DNA of 64,000 bases from assembly GCA_032718475.1 (NCBI GenBank), contig JAUCBJ010009048.1:129019-193018 (forward strand), read 5' to 3'. Below the pieces are notes generated by a model, which made no database searches, was not told where the DNA came from, and worked only from the letters and a program-made list of their open reading frames with translations. The position numbers were made by a program, and so were the translations under genes. Positions 1-12,041 of this stretch are shown here, piece after piece; position 1 is the first letter of the stretch; every line of letters begins with the position of its first letter. The DNA is from Nemertoderma westbladi (lineage: Eukaryota > Animalia > Xenacoelomorpha).

Positions 1-1316
1 TTCGCCGCCTCGCGCGATCTGCGATTTAGTTCGAACTGGAGCTGCATCTCCCTTTCGCGTCGATCTGCTTCCTGTTGTTGTGCCGCTAACTCCGCTTCCT
101 GTATAGCTAAACGAGCGTTTATTTGTCGCGCCTCCAACTTGGCACGAGCGTCGGATGCTGCTTTCTTCCGTGCTAACTCAGCTGCGTTTACCGCCGCAAC
201 TCGTGCTAGCTCGTCAGCTGCCGCCTGTCGTGCTAGCTCGTCGGCTGCTGCCGCCTGTCGTGCTAACTTGTTGGCTGCTGCCGCCGCGGCCGCTTCTCGC
301 GCTAAGTCCTCCTCCAGTCTCCGCATCTCGGATGCTTCGAACTCAGCCTGCGCTTGAAGTTTCGCAAGTTTCGCTACATCCTCTCTGCGCTGTTTTTCTC
401 TTTCGATGGCGATCTGCGCCATCTGCCGTTGCGCTTCTTCCTCGACGACTTGTTGTCGGCGTGCGACCTCCTGTTGTTGTCGAGTAATTACAGACGCTGT
501 TCTACTAACTTCGCCAACGTCGCCAACGTCGCTCCGTACACTAACGAACGATCTATCCAGTGGTGGAATTTGGTAGGCTCGCGAGCCTTCCGTGGATAGA
601 ACTTCCGTCGTCCCTCTCGGTACAACTTCCGGTTCTTCGATCTGTACTCCGCATCTACGAAGAAAATTGGTGAGCGTCCCTAACCTCCCGTCCAGGCAGT
701 ATAGTTCTTCTTCCTCTTCGGGTTGTAACAACGCGTCCGAAACTGACTCACCTAACAGTTGGTCGAGTTGTTCTTGCTGAGTCGATCCTACAACCGACTT
801 AAACTGAATGAGGCTTTCCCTCACACTTACCAACTTATCTATTATCTTTACCTGAGTAAAGTTGTCGCCACGCGACTCTGCAAGTTCGTGTAAACCTTTA
901 AGTTTATCTACGGAAGCATGTACCCTACTTTCTATCCTTACCTGTAAGGTGTAGAACTCGTATCTCGACATCGGGGCGGTTAACTTGCGTAAAACGCGAA
1001 AACCTTCCCCAAAGTTTCGAGTAATCTGGGCCATGTGTCCTCCTATACTCCTAATAATGTTCTCCTGGCTTCCAGTCGAACTTACCATGTCCGGTTCCCG
1101 CGATCTGGTCTGCGGGACGGTAAGGAAATCTTCGATTCTGCCGTCGCCACGCGTTGCGGCTTCCGGTATTTCCGTTCGGGGTACCGGCGACGCACGCGGT
1201 GTGACATCGGTGGAATCTCGGGTTCTCCTTCTTGGTTCGTCTACTGTCGATCTGTCCGGGTCGCACGAGTCATAGTCGGTAGGTGGGTATCGAGTCGAAT
1301 GTGGTGTATCACTCAT
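1..1316 (-). CDS. Gag-like coiled-coil protein, N-terminal 438 aa, open to the window edge and absent from the ORF track
   Basis: Manual translation from the ATG at 1316 gives MSDTPHSTRYPPTDYDSCDPD...EDFLTVPQ...LTAPMSRYEFYTLQVR...QLLGESVSDALLQPEEE...ELARQAAA repeats, with no stop. Clearly homologous to ORFs 62557-63926. Confidence 0.8.
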   Translation of the reverse strand, partial: MSDTPHSTRYPPTDYDSCDPDRSTVDEPRRRTRDSTDVTPRASPVPRTEIPEAATRGDGRIEDFLTVPQTRSREPDMVSSTGSQENIIRSIGGHMAQITRNFGEGFRVLRKLTAPMSRYEFYTLQVRIESRVHASVDKLKGLHELAESRGDNFTQVKIIDKLVSVRESLIQFKSVVGSTQQEQLDQLLGESVSDALLQPEEEEELYCLDGRLGTLTNFLRRCGVQIEEPEVVPRGTTEVLSTEGSRAYQIPPLDRSFVSVRSDVGDVGEVSRTASVITRQQQEVARRQQVVEEEAQRQMAQIAIEREKQRREDVAKLAKLQAQAEFEASEMRRLEEDLAREAAAAAAANKLARQAAAADELARQAAADELARVAAVNAAELARKKAASDARAKLEARQINARLAIQEAELAAQQQEADRREREMQLQFELNRRSREAA

Positions 1317-3908
1317 GTCTATTATATATGTCAAGTACGGGTAATAAAATGTCAAAGTATCAGAATGTCGAAATGTCAAAATGTCGAAATGTCAAACTTA
1401 TCTTGGTATATATATATATACTATATATATATACCCTAACCGGTACAAATAAAATCAAAAGGGTATATAATAAAATATAATAATCTAGCCTACCGGCTAA
1501 ATTTGTACGAATAAGTGAGATAACGGTATACGCTACCAAAATGTAGATCAACAAGTACAAATAATAGGCAAAACAGCAACGTCTAACGGGAAAATAAATA
1601 CCAACAACACTACTAATTAGACAGTGAAACCCACAAATTTTGAGTACTACTATGCTTTCTTAAATTTGAACGACACGAGTCGTAACACTTACGCTCCTTT
1701 GATCTTCCAGTCGTGCAAATTCCCAAATACAAACCGGAGTGGGTCGTTCCGTTTTCGGCGTCGCGGACGAATTTTGTGTCTCCCAAACTTGCGAAAAGCG
1801 GTCTAATCCTCGAAGCGGTCCAGAAATGAGTCCTTGAGTCCTGAAAAGTCGAAGGTGAGAGTTTTACTTCTACTCTACGAAAATCTTCCTAGGTACCGAT
1901 ACAACTTGGTCTTTAAACCCTATGTACCTTTTCAAGTACCGAAAAGTAACACCGCACACACACGGCGTAAAACAAATTGCTACAAACTAACTATTAGCTA
2001 GTCAAATATTAAATACGAAACTACTAGCTACCCTAAAGCCTACTGAAGCAGGGGATGTTCTACAAATTACTAATTTTACTAATTTTAAATTGTAAATATC
2101 TCCTACCTTTTACAATAGCTAACAATATATATTTATATATATATATCTCACTGTAAAGTCCAGTAGTATACCGCTTACCGGATCCTAGTAACGATGTATC
2201 TTACCGTAAGATCTAGTAATGTATACGGGCTCGTACAGTATCTGACAACAAATCCCAGTCCAGGGTATCTAAACAAACAGATACAATACACAAACGACTA
2301 CTGGTGAGGAGCAGAGCCTAGTGTCTATTCTATGTACGTAAGCGGGTCTAATGCCTACGAACTAGACAAAAGGAAACCTGTCCTCTAACCGGTATGGCAG
2401 ATGTACAGTTACAGTAACAGACCAAACTCACGGGAAAACAATCCCCGCGCAGCGAATCCTAACTATCGCTGACAGTCCTAAATACCGTAACTTGCCACGG
2501 TGTGATTTATATGGTTTATATACGAGCTAATGGGTTAACAGACCTAGCGTAACAATACTGATCCCCCTGTACGAAATCAGTCTAAAGAGGGTCGTGCCTA
2601 ATGTAACAATACCGCTGCTCTGACAAAACAACAGTTTAATAACAAAATAAAATACTCCCTTTTTGCCGTAACTAAATATCAGATCCTAATTTTACAAATA
2701 CTAACAGTAAGTTACAGATAAATTCTGCCTAAAAGTAATCTAAAGTGCGCTATAACTAGTAGAACTCTAAGGGTAAATATGTTTTAGGGCGTGTGTGTGT
2801 GGGTGTGTTACAATAAAACAATTTTGGTGTATATTATTTTACTAGGTTTTAGTGATTTTCTGACCAAAAACAATACCGTGCGCTAGCTACGAAAATAAGC
2901 TAGTCGCGTTTTGTAGAACTTTATACTTACAAATGACGTCAAACTCTCTCCGTCCTATCCACAACTCAACCGGGCAATTACGGTGTTAGTAACTACACCC
3001 GTGATCGGCACAAATACCAGATTCTGGTTGTAAGATAAGAAATAGGGGTTAATCGCTACCGTACGTTAGCTGATCTGGTATACAAATTTGATTCTAGAAC
3101 TTTGTTGCTGCGGTAGTTAGCAGCAAATACCTATCAGTACGTGGCAAGGCGCGGTAGGATATTAATAAACCTCCCTAGGTCAAGCGGTGTGCCGGTAGCA
3201 GAAATACTCCTTGCCTGATCAAATAACTAAGGTTCAGGCAGAGGGGGGGGGGGGGGGGGGGGGGTACTAATGTATGTTCTACAAAGCGAACCAGTACCAA
3301 ACGGTCAGTACTACGAATCACTAAATTATGGAACATATGCTGTCCGTACCTAATGTGTACTCGCGTACTGATGAACGGCAATAGTTCGCACCTTTGAGAT
3401 ATACAGGTTAACCCAGGGATTTGTACTACTGATGGGGGGGCTCTGTCAGAATATAATTATTTGATCCTAAATTTGCGGCGTCCCAGAACAGCATCACGCT
3501 TACCCTGATCTATAGGTCTTACGTCGGGCAAGGACGTCGAACAAAGTCTTACCTTCCTCGGAAATCGGGCGCTGCATGGCAAGTGGAGTATTTCGAAGGG
3601 CGAAGGGGGTGCGCGGTCTAATCTAATGTGGGCGCTAGCGTGTTGTGGACATCATTTCCCTGCGTTGCTGACGGCCTAACGGTCTAGGCGGCCATCTTCC
3701 CAATGCTTGGCTGTCCCAAAGTTGGACGTTCAGAAAAGTACATGTTCAGAAGTTTATAGTATATTTACAGTTTACAAAACTTTATCAAACAGAATTGCCA
3801 AATAGTTTCAACAAGAAACATAATAAACTAAGTGAGAGAGCCAAGTTTAACAAGAGTAGTGATAACTAGAGTAGTTTGATAAGTGATAACCGAAGGCAAA
3901 ACCAGCCC

Positions 3909-4046
3909 TTTATATACTAAATCTGGGACATCAAATCCACTAGAACTTTCTAGAGTATTCCATGGCCTCACATTGGAGCAATAAGATATTCCATGCCCTA
4001 TGATTGGCCCAACTCATCGTTCCATGTGTTGTACGCACCTCATTGG
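3909..4046 (-). promoter_or_regulatory. Pol II promoter of the left element: 3 CCAAT boxes, heat-shock element, TATA
   Basis: Minus strand: CCAAT at 4042-4046, 4003-4007 and 3972-3976; GGAAT-ACTCT-AGAAA-GTTCT with a perfect CnnGAAnnTTCnnG at 3940-3953; TATATAAA at 3909-3916. Confidence 0.7.
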
Positions 4047-4094
4047 TTTGTCTATTTGTATCAAATGAAAATAAATTGCCCCAAAATGCAAATT

Positions 4095-4168
4095 TCCCGA
4101 CTGGGATTCGAACTCGTAACCTATATGTAATGCAACCAACGCCTTAACTATCTGACCACTACGCCACG
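4095..4168 (-). other. tRNA-derived Pol III A/B-box module inside the putative LTR; not a functional tRNA
   Basis: Minus strand TGGTCAGATAG (A-box-like), AGTTCGAATCC (B box), then a T4 run. No complete cloverleaf. Confidence 0.65.
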
Positions 4169-5364
4169 AGATTAACTAGGGGTTTTATATGTACTGATAT
4201 GAATAGGCATATTACATTACTGTAACTTAATCAAAATGCGTCGGATTTTCGAAAGTTTTTACGTTATACTACAAATGCTATCCTATAGTGAAATAATTCA
4301 TCAGATACGGCATCGGCGCCAGAGACTTTTTTGTGTAGAATAAAATTCCGAACAACTTTGTGATGTTACGTTTTTTCATAGCTCTTAGTGTTTTCGAGTT
4401 ACGAGGCTAATTAGTTTTCGGCTAATTAGTACTAATTAACAGTAATATGAGGGCCATAGCGATGACTGAACTTTTTTTAGATCTTGCCGAGATGAACAAA
4501 AAACAACACCGTTGCTAGGGGAAAAACCAAATACTTTTCGAGAAAAATCAATTAGAAATCTTTAATCGCTAATTACAAATTAATTAATTAACAGATTTTT
4601 GCCAAATATTTCTCTGCTGTGCACGCTCGGGCCTTCTATAAGATCGCGCAAACAGAATCGTTCTAGCTTTCGCCGTTCTCCTGGAAAAATCCTTTAAAAA
4701 TCGACCTAAAAAAGATCAAAGCAAAGTGCCTACTTCCGAGGGGGTACACCATAATGCTATCTTATGAGGTTTTACTTTTGTGTTTATGTTGGTTTGCTAA
4801 GTTCCATTAAAAAGGCTACATTATTTATTCCTCATAAGACTCTGTGGAGCCTTTGGCTCTCCAGTGGCAGCCTATTGCTCCAGTATGTCAGTATCGTTAC
4901 CGGTACACGTGCACTCACATTTCCTTCTCATAGAATTCCTTTTCATTTCTTTCTCATAGAGCAGTAGAGGAAGTCTACAAATGCGAACTGTACAACTACC
5001 GGTACTCTACACCTTCAGGTCACAAAAACGAACGAGTCATACTGCCTGTGTGTGCCTGACTGCTGTACCGTACCAGTAGTCAAGTTCCAGTACTGTATCA
5101 CAGTAACAGTAGGCATCGGATGTTAGGCCTTGCTGACTTCTGCTGTAGTGCAGTACAACAGTAGTGCACTACCGGTACTCTACAGCTAGCAGCAAGGGAA
5201 CTAGGTAGCCTGCCGTATGCGCATGCGCATGTTAGGCCTATCCTCAGCCAGTTCGATATGATACTCCTGGGCCAGCTACCATTACGACAGTCTGTTATGA
5301 TAGCCTACTCATGGGCTGCGTGTTGTGAATGCGTTTTAAAATGCCTTTTAAAAATCGTTTTGCA

Positions 5365-5566
5365 GTTTTGAAATCGACTTTAAAATCCATTTTAAATTGC
5401 ATTTTATTTTTTATTTGAATTTTTTTTTCATATGCATTTCAAAATTAGTTTTTTATTTCATTTAAAAATATATAAATATATTATCGTTTTGAAATCGACT
5501 TTAAAATCCATTTTAAATTTCATTTTATTTTTTATTTGAATTTTTTTTCATATGCATTTTAAAATT
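5365..5566. repeat. ~120-bp AT-rich tandem duplication interrupted by the Merlin element; resumes at 7639
   Basis: GTTTTGAAATCGACTTTAAAATCC occurs at 5365 and 5486. Sequence after 7638 matches 5447-5480. Confidence 0.75.
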
Positions 5567-5980
5567 GGTAATAACCGGACTGGGGGCCCTCCAGTCCCAT
5601 TTTTTTTGTCGTTTTTTTGGTGTTTTTTAGGGGTTTCAAATTTCTTTGAATGTGTTTAAAAACACACTAGAGATATAAAACACTTAGAATATTTTTTCAA
5701 AATTGTCAAAAAGCACTTGAGCGCGGAAAAAACACTCTGAAAATTCTCTCTAAAAATGGTCAAATGTAAAAAAAAAAGGCTATTTTTATTTTATTTTAGC
5801 CCCCGCCAGATGAAAGGAGATCAAAATTTAAATAAGATAAAAATATTGCGAAACTCCATTGATTAATTTGAAAATTAGTAAAAAACATTACAATTATAAC
5901 TGTATAAACATACCATAACAAAGTAAATAAACTATATGCATACATTAGGCCTAGGTATATATATATATATATATACATGT

Positions 5981-6057
5981 AATAATAATAATTGATTGCC
6001 TAATGTTTATCACATATTACTTATGTGATAAACATTAGGCAATCAATTATTATTATT
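5981..6057. repeat. Perfect 36-bp inverted repeat with 5-nt loop inside Merlin
   Basis: AATAATAATAATTGATTGCCTAATGTTTATCACATA, loop TTACT, then its exact reverse complement. Lies within a direct duplication (about 5880-6090 vs 6118-6307). Confidence 0.9.
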
Positions 6058-6318
6058 ATTATTAATACAGTAATAGTACATTTCAATAATTATTAAATTA
6101 TAAATAGAAAATTATTAAAAAACATTACAATTATAACTGTATAAACATACCATAACAAAGTAAATAAACTATATGCATACATTAGGCCTAGGTGCTAGGT
6201 ATATATATCTGTATATATATATATACATGTAATATAGTAAGTAATATGTGATAAACATTAGGCAATCAATTATTATTATTAATACAGTAATAGTACATTT
6301 CAATAACACTCTAGGACT

Positions 6319-7447
6319 CTAGTATATATGAGAATTTGAATCTAGTTTTAGTTTCGCGACTAGATCATCGTGGCTACCGTGAGCAGTCAATAAACGTGCG
6401 ACACGCAACCAACCTAAGAGTGGTTCAATGGGTGGGTCGTGTCTATTACAGTTCGTTATGAAAGTAACGAACTGTATCTTATTACCAGCAGTATCACCCC
6501 GGCAAGATACTTGATGAAAATAACGTCGGAGTAGTCGTTTGATCACGGAATGGATGTTCTCGACGTGATTAGTATGAGTGCCGTCCGCTGTAATAAACTT
6601 GGAACCTGAGCATTCATTACCACTGTGGTTGACTACCTTATGGGTAACATCTTCGCGAACAGATTTCCCTAAAGCGAGGTAACTGGAGTGTTTATCAGTT
6701 GTGACAACGGCATGGGGAGCAGCTAAATGTTCGATAGGTGATCTCAATGATTCACCTGAGCGGTCCGGGATATACTGAATAAAACACTTCCGCGACTTTC
6801 TGCTACCTGATGTTGACTTGCTTGGAGATAGCGCGATACTCGTGTGCATCCACTGGGCGCCAGTTTTAACAGTACGTTTTCCTCGGTGGTATTTCCGTTT
6901 TGACGTTACTGTTTCATCGTATTGGGCATCAGTGAATGTACCCTCTGAAGCTTCGTAGTCAGCAGAGTTGTATACTGACGCATACTCCGTAACAAAATTA
7001 ATATAGTCCGTTACGGTAGAACCATTAACGCCGAGCTCCGACTCAATCTCCTTGGGTGCCCATCCGTGGCACACACACCACAACAACGAAAAGGCAGTCA
7101 TGTGGTCAAGTCGACCACCTTCACCAAGATAGGACACGTCATCACCGGAAGATGCGGATTTCTTGATTCCTCGCTTGGCTTGGAACAGGCCCTATTGTCA
7201 GATTGTAGCAGCGATTAACAGTATATCGTACATCGGGACGTAATTTCGAACGTGATCGTCTCGTGGTAGTACTCAACTGCCTACCACATTCGGTGCATGA
7301 TGGCGGTTCGGGGGGCCCAATGCCATGGACACACCACCATTTCCATATCTCATCCGATGTAGAATTTATTATATTGCGATACTTCAGTTGGCTAACGCAT
7401 TCAAAATCGCAGTTACCGGTACTATCTTTGCATTTAAATTGCGACAT
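6319..7447 (-). pseudogene. Merlin DDE transposase split into two frames (7447-7142 and 7137-6319)
   Basis: N-terminal CTECG zinc ribbon. Core motifs QYDET..KRKYHRGKR, PDRSGESL..I, VTTDKHSSY, HKVVNHS and THTNHVENIHSVIKR match IS1595/Merlin transposases. Confidence 0.88.
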
Positions 7448-8009
7448 TATTACCAGATCAGCAGATTACTGTATTACAGCATTCAGTATTACTTACTGAC
7501 ATAGGCAGTTAGGCCTACAGCCTCACAGCAGTACAGGTCTACCTGGCACTAAGCAGGCAGTAGGCCTACTGCGAGTAAACAACACACAGCACAGCAGAAT
7601 AGGTGGAGGGCCCTGAATCCGGATTGTGCCTTAAAATTAGTTTTTTTATTTCATTTAAAAATATATAAATATATTTTTTTGTTATGATACTCATGGGCCA
7701 CCATACCACCTGTCCTAGGAGTGATATAAGATATATCAACCTTCAGCAAATAAACTCTTCAGATTGATATATCGTATATCTGTATGTATATCACTCCTAG
7801 CACAGGTGATATTCTCTGTATATTCCGTTCTCGAACAGACAATAATTATTATAGTATATTGATAAGCAACTGCAATACCCGGATAGCCTACCCAGATAGC
7901 AGCTGAATACAGGAATAGCTGAATAGGCCAAGCTAGACTCATACCACCCTTACTGCAGTACCAACAGGTACCGGTACAATTTAGAAATTAAAAGTGCATC
8001 AATCGTTTA

Positions 8010-8705
8010 ATGGATTCACCACAAACTTCCACCAGTGACACCAACAACCCTTCATCTAGAAACCTTCTACCAACACCCGAGGAACCAAATCCAACTTTAC
8101 CGATAATCCCTGTGAATGAATCCAGTTCCACAGGATATAAACGCAATCCCCCCAAAGTGAACCATCCGGTGTTGGAATGCCGAATATGTGAAGACGTATT
8201 CTCTCTGCAGGGAGAGAAAGTTCCTCGCCTGCTTCTATGTGGCCACAGTTTCTGCCATGTTTGTCTGTGCCATCTGTCTCACAACGGGCGCTACCTGCAC
8301 TGCCCGCTGGACAGACATGTGACAAAACTCGGCGACGCAGGAGTCTGGGATCTAAAGAAAAACTTTGCATTGCTCGATCTTTTAGAGAAGCTATCTACTG
8401 GATTTGGGTTAGAATCATCCGTGGATGAAACCACCAAACCGGTGCAGTGCGATGAGAATGAGGACCATGAGGCTGCCATGTATTGCACCGTATGTAGTAC
8501 CAATCTGTGTCCGGAGTGCGCCAAACAAACGCATTCAACTCGAACCCTCGCTAAACACAAACTGGTACCGGTCGCCGACAAACCGAAACCCCAGCCCATG
8601 TGCCCCAACCATGTCACTCATAGTCAGGAGTTCTTCTGTCTGGAGGAGCAGTGTCAGTCTGAGCCAATGATATGCATTCTTTGTAAGGATTACGGAAAAC
8701 ATCAG
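8010..8705 (+). CDS. TRIM23: TRIM23/ARD1 E3 ligase, coding exon 1 (RING, B-boxes)
   Basis: VLECRICEDVFSLQGEKVPRLLLCGHSFC..CPLDR..GVWDLKKNFALL and CDENEDHEA..YCTVC; donor CAG|GTAGAC, phase 0. Confidence 0.93.
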
Positions 8706-9445
8706 GTAGACAGTCAGACTAGTATTATATTATTATTTTTATTATGTTAAACTAAATCATCAGGTACAACGTGCCATTAATAAGTATTCATGGTATTGGC
8801 ATTTGTTTGTAAAGTAGCACTTTTGGAAATTGTGCTAATACGAGTTGTTACTTAAACGAACGAAAGTTGTGGGTGGGTGAAATGAAAATAAGGATACAGA
8901 GACGGAAAACCTTAAAGACAAATGCAACAAGTACAGTAGTTGCGTTGTTTTATTCCAAAAGTGTAACATTATGAAACACCTACTTAGAAACACTGCATGT
9001 AAATTTTTGTTGTCAAGTACAGAAGTAAGGAGTACATTTTTTGAAATTACTCAAATGTTACAATATGAATTATAGAAAGAATATTAAAGACTACTTCAGT
9101 AGGCCTAGTCCTTGTATTTATGTACTACGTTCTACTTTACTACATAACATACTACGTACTGTGGACTGTGGTCCGGTATACGACTATGCTACAGATACGG
9201 TATGTCTGAATGAATAATGACTAGCTGTTTGTTATGTTTATTAATATCGCCAGAATAACAATAAAATATTAATTTTTTAATTTCAAATTTTTATTTTTAA
9301 TTTAATTTAATAATGGTAGGCCTATTCAGGTAAAATTAGTAAAATCATTAAAATTATAGTTTATTTACAGTACTTACAGTTGGTGCATGTTAATTATTTA
9401 AAAAAATGATTACAGTAAAATTAAATTAAAAACCGGCAAAGCATA

Positions 9446-10048
9446 GGGGCTATTCACATATTACGTAACGCTCAGAAGGGGGGGAGGGGTCTGCCTGAAA
9501 CGTTACTATTTTGTTACAATGGGGTGGGGGGGTTCGGGAATAATCGTTACGTAACGCTGAAATCTGGGTAAGAAAGTAATTTATTTCAATTTGCCAAAAG
9601 TTACAATACAAAACATTTATATTTAAATATGAAAGTCTTTAATATAACTTTCATAAAATTATTATTGATTACAATACTCCCATTGGATGCAATAAATCTA
9701 TAGGCTAGGTAACTAACTACCTGTGCTACCGGTACAATGTACTTTACATGTACATACTGATTATGAGTACGACATACAGACATAATTTCATATTGAAATA
9801 GTTCATGAGTTTCTTTGAATTTGTATTAATTACTATTAATTAAATAATAATAATAATATATTATTAATATAATATATTATGTTAATAAAATAAATCAATG
9901 AATAAAATTATACTCAAGCTAGCGTTACGTTACTAGATAGGGGGGGGGGGGGGGGGGGGTTAACAAAAAATGTTACTATGTGTTACAAGGGGGGGGGGGG
10001 GGGTCAAAAAATGGCAAAATTGGCGTTACGTAATATGTGAACAGCCCC
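9446..10048. mobile_element. MITE (PIF/Harbinger-like) in TRIM23 intron 1
   Basis: 26-bp TIRs GGGGCTATTCACATATTACGTAACGC / GCGTTACGTAATATGTGAACAGCCCC, flanked by 3-bp ATA on both sides. Confidence 0.8.
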
Positions 10049-11465
10049 ATACTTAGGTTCAAGGGCTTCAACAACATACAGTACTAAAGGCAAACCATAT
10101 TAATAAGGGACAATTTTACAATACTCTATAGGATACAACACAACAATACATAGTTATACGGAATATAAATTTGGTACCATAGGTATTTTTATTTTAGATT
10201 TATTTTAAACTTTGTAGATATTTTGAACTATTTTACATTTATTTTAAACTGTTGCAAATTTGTATGCTCTATATAACCTACCGTAAGTGTACCTGTACCT
10301 GGTTTACCGTAAGTGTACCTGGTTTACCGTAAGTGTACCTGGTTTGTTTTTCTCCGGTGTCTTTATTTTAATTAATATTTCACTGTTAAATAATAAATAA
10401 TAATAAAATAAATTATCTTTCAAATTGAGAACTATAAATTATTACGGGAATGTCAGTGGAACACTCTTAGACTGTGATGATTGTATACAGTCTATGTTAA
10501 TCTACTTAGAAATAATACCACAATAAATGAGTTTATTTGATATTATAAAAGTTGGTACAAATGAAGCTGAGGGAGATTAATCAGATTTAGAGTTTCAAAG
10601 ATTCGATTTTGGTAAATGAACAACGAACAAACATTAATAATAAGTAAATATGATTAAATATACATTTTGATTTATAGGTCTTTTTATTTCAAACGCTGTG
10701 GTAATGTTTATATTTTTAAATTTGTTGTTTTAAATATTTTGTTTTATAAATATTTATAAACAAGTTCAATAAATTTATAAATGACTATTTTCATTCATAA
10801 ATTTCACTAACATTAGAAAAAAACACCTGATTGAGTAAGGCAGCATCAGGTGTTGAAGAGTGCAATAAATTGATTAGCAGTAACTATATGGAAGCAATAT
10901 AGTAAAATATCCCTACAGTTCAATTTATTTTGTAACACTACAGTATATCGCTTTATTGTTTATTAAAGAATGGAGCAACAAAAAAAGTACCAAATTAAGA
11001 ATAAGATTACGTATTACATGGGAAAATAACGTAGAACATTTTTTTTGCCATTATTCTCTCGACCCTTTATCAATTAATTATATATATACTTAAATAATTA
11101 CCGCGAGAATGGTTAAAAAAATTATACTTTTTTTCCAAAAAAAAATTATATTATAAGTATTATTTTTTTTATGTGTTTTTTTATAACAAAATTAATTTTT
11201 TTTTTCTATATTTTATTATTAAATATTGATGAACTTTTCCAAAACATTATTAGCTATACATTTTTTTTGTTTTAATGGTAAAGCGGTATGTCTAGTGTTT
11301 AAACGGGATCGCGATGCAATCCCGTTTGCATTTCCCGTTAACAGTCCCGATCCTGACTTTTTTTGGAACGGTCCCGAGTATAAAAATAATAGTGGAGTAA
11401 ATTTCTTGAATATCGATTGAATAGTTTGCACCGGGACAGAAATAGAGTTAGTTTTGATTTGGGGC

Positions 11466-11520
11466 CGAGGTGTACTAAATAATATTTAGTACTTAGTATT
11501 TAGTTATTTAGTACACCTTG
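11466..11520. mobile_element. 55-bp micro-MITE with 8-bp TSD (hAT- or P-like)
   Basis: TIRs CGAGGTGTACTAAATA / TATTTAGTACACCTTG; TSD TTTGGGGC at 11458-11465 and 11521-11528. Confidence 0.8.
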
Positions 11521-12041
11521 TTTGGGGCCTATATCGAATGTATATTGTATATGTCAGTAAACCATCAAGTAATCAATTGTAAGATAATTTTAATAATATA
11601 TTAATATAATGATTTTAATATTTTAATAATATGTTAATAAACAAACCAGTATTCACCTACCTGTATAAATAATTTTAATGATATTACATCTTACTAATAT
11701 TTCAGCAGTGTGAAATAAAGTGATATAATTTTACCAAAAATGCGTTTTATACTAACACAAATACTGAAAACTTGAAGATATTTTTATTCAAAATTCCAAT
11801 TCCGATCTTGCAACTTTGATCTCGTTTAAACACTTATATAGTATGTACGTAAAGATAGTATATATACATAGGCTATACTCATACTGCTTTACTAGTTCTA
11901 GTTACATTAATAATTAAAAAATATATTGATAATATCAGTTTATTACAAATCTTACTATCAAAAAAAGAAGGTGTGATTGAACTCGGTACCTAGAGATTCC
12001 AAGCCCCAACATTTTATAACTTTTTTTACACCATATTATAG

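Larger units (their letters stand above)
1..4216 (-). mobile_element. Probable LTR retrotransposon, 5' part (putative LTR about 3452-4216, ~2.1-kb leader, gag-like ORF); runs off the window start
   Basis: Colinear homology with the element at 59830-64000 across promoter, leader and ORF. The minus strand starts TGTAAT at 4216, with a possible matching end ATTATA at 3452. No pol is in the window, so the superfamily is unassigned. Confidence 0.65.
5567..7630 (-). mobile_element. Merlin (IS1595/IS1016-related) DNA transposon, full length 2064 bp
   Basis: Imperfect 27-bp TIRs (GGTAATAACCGGACTGGGGGCCCTCCA vs GGCACAATCCGGATTCAGGGCCCTCCA), 8-bp TSD TTAAAATT (5559-5566 and 7631-7638), internal IS1595-type transposase. 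Confidence 0.9.

Noticed and set aside
139-1439. Plus-strand ORFs at the window start
   Set aside because: Antisense shadows of the minus-strand gag-like frame.
4225-4770. Possible DNA-transposon remnants here and at about 43000-44290, 52126-52960 and 53610-54560
   Set aside because: They look like non-autonomous element interiors, but paired TIRs and TSDs could not be fixed by eye.
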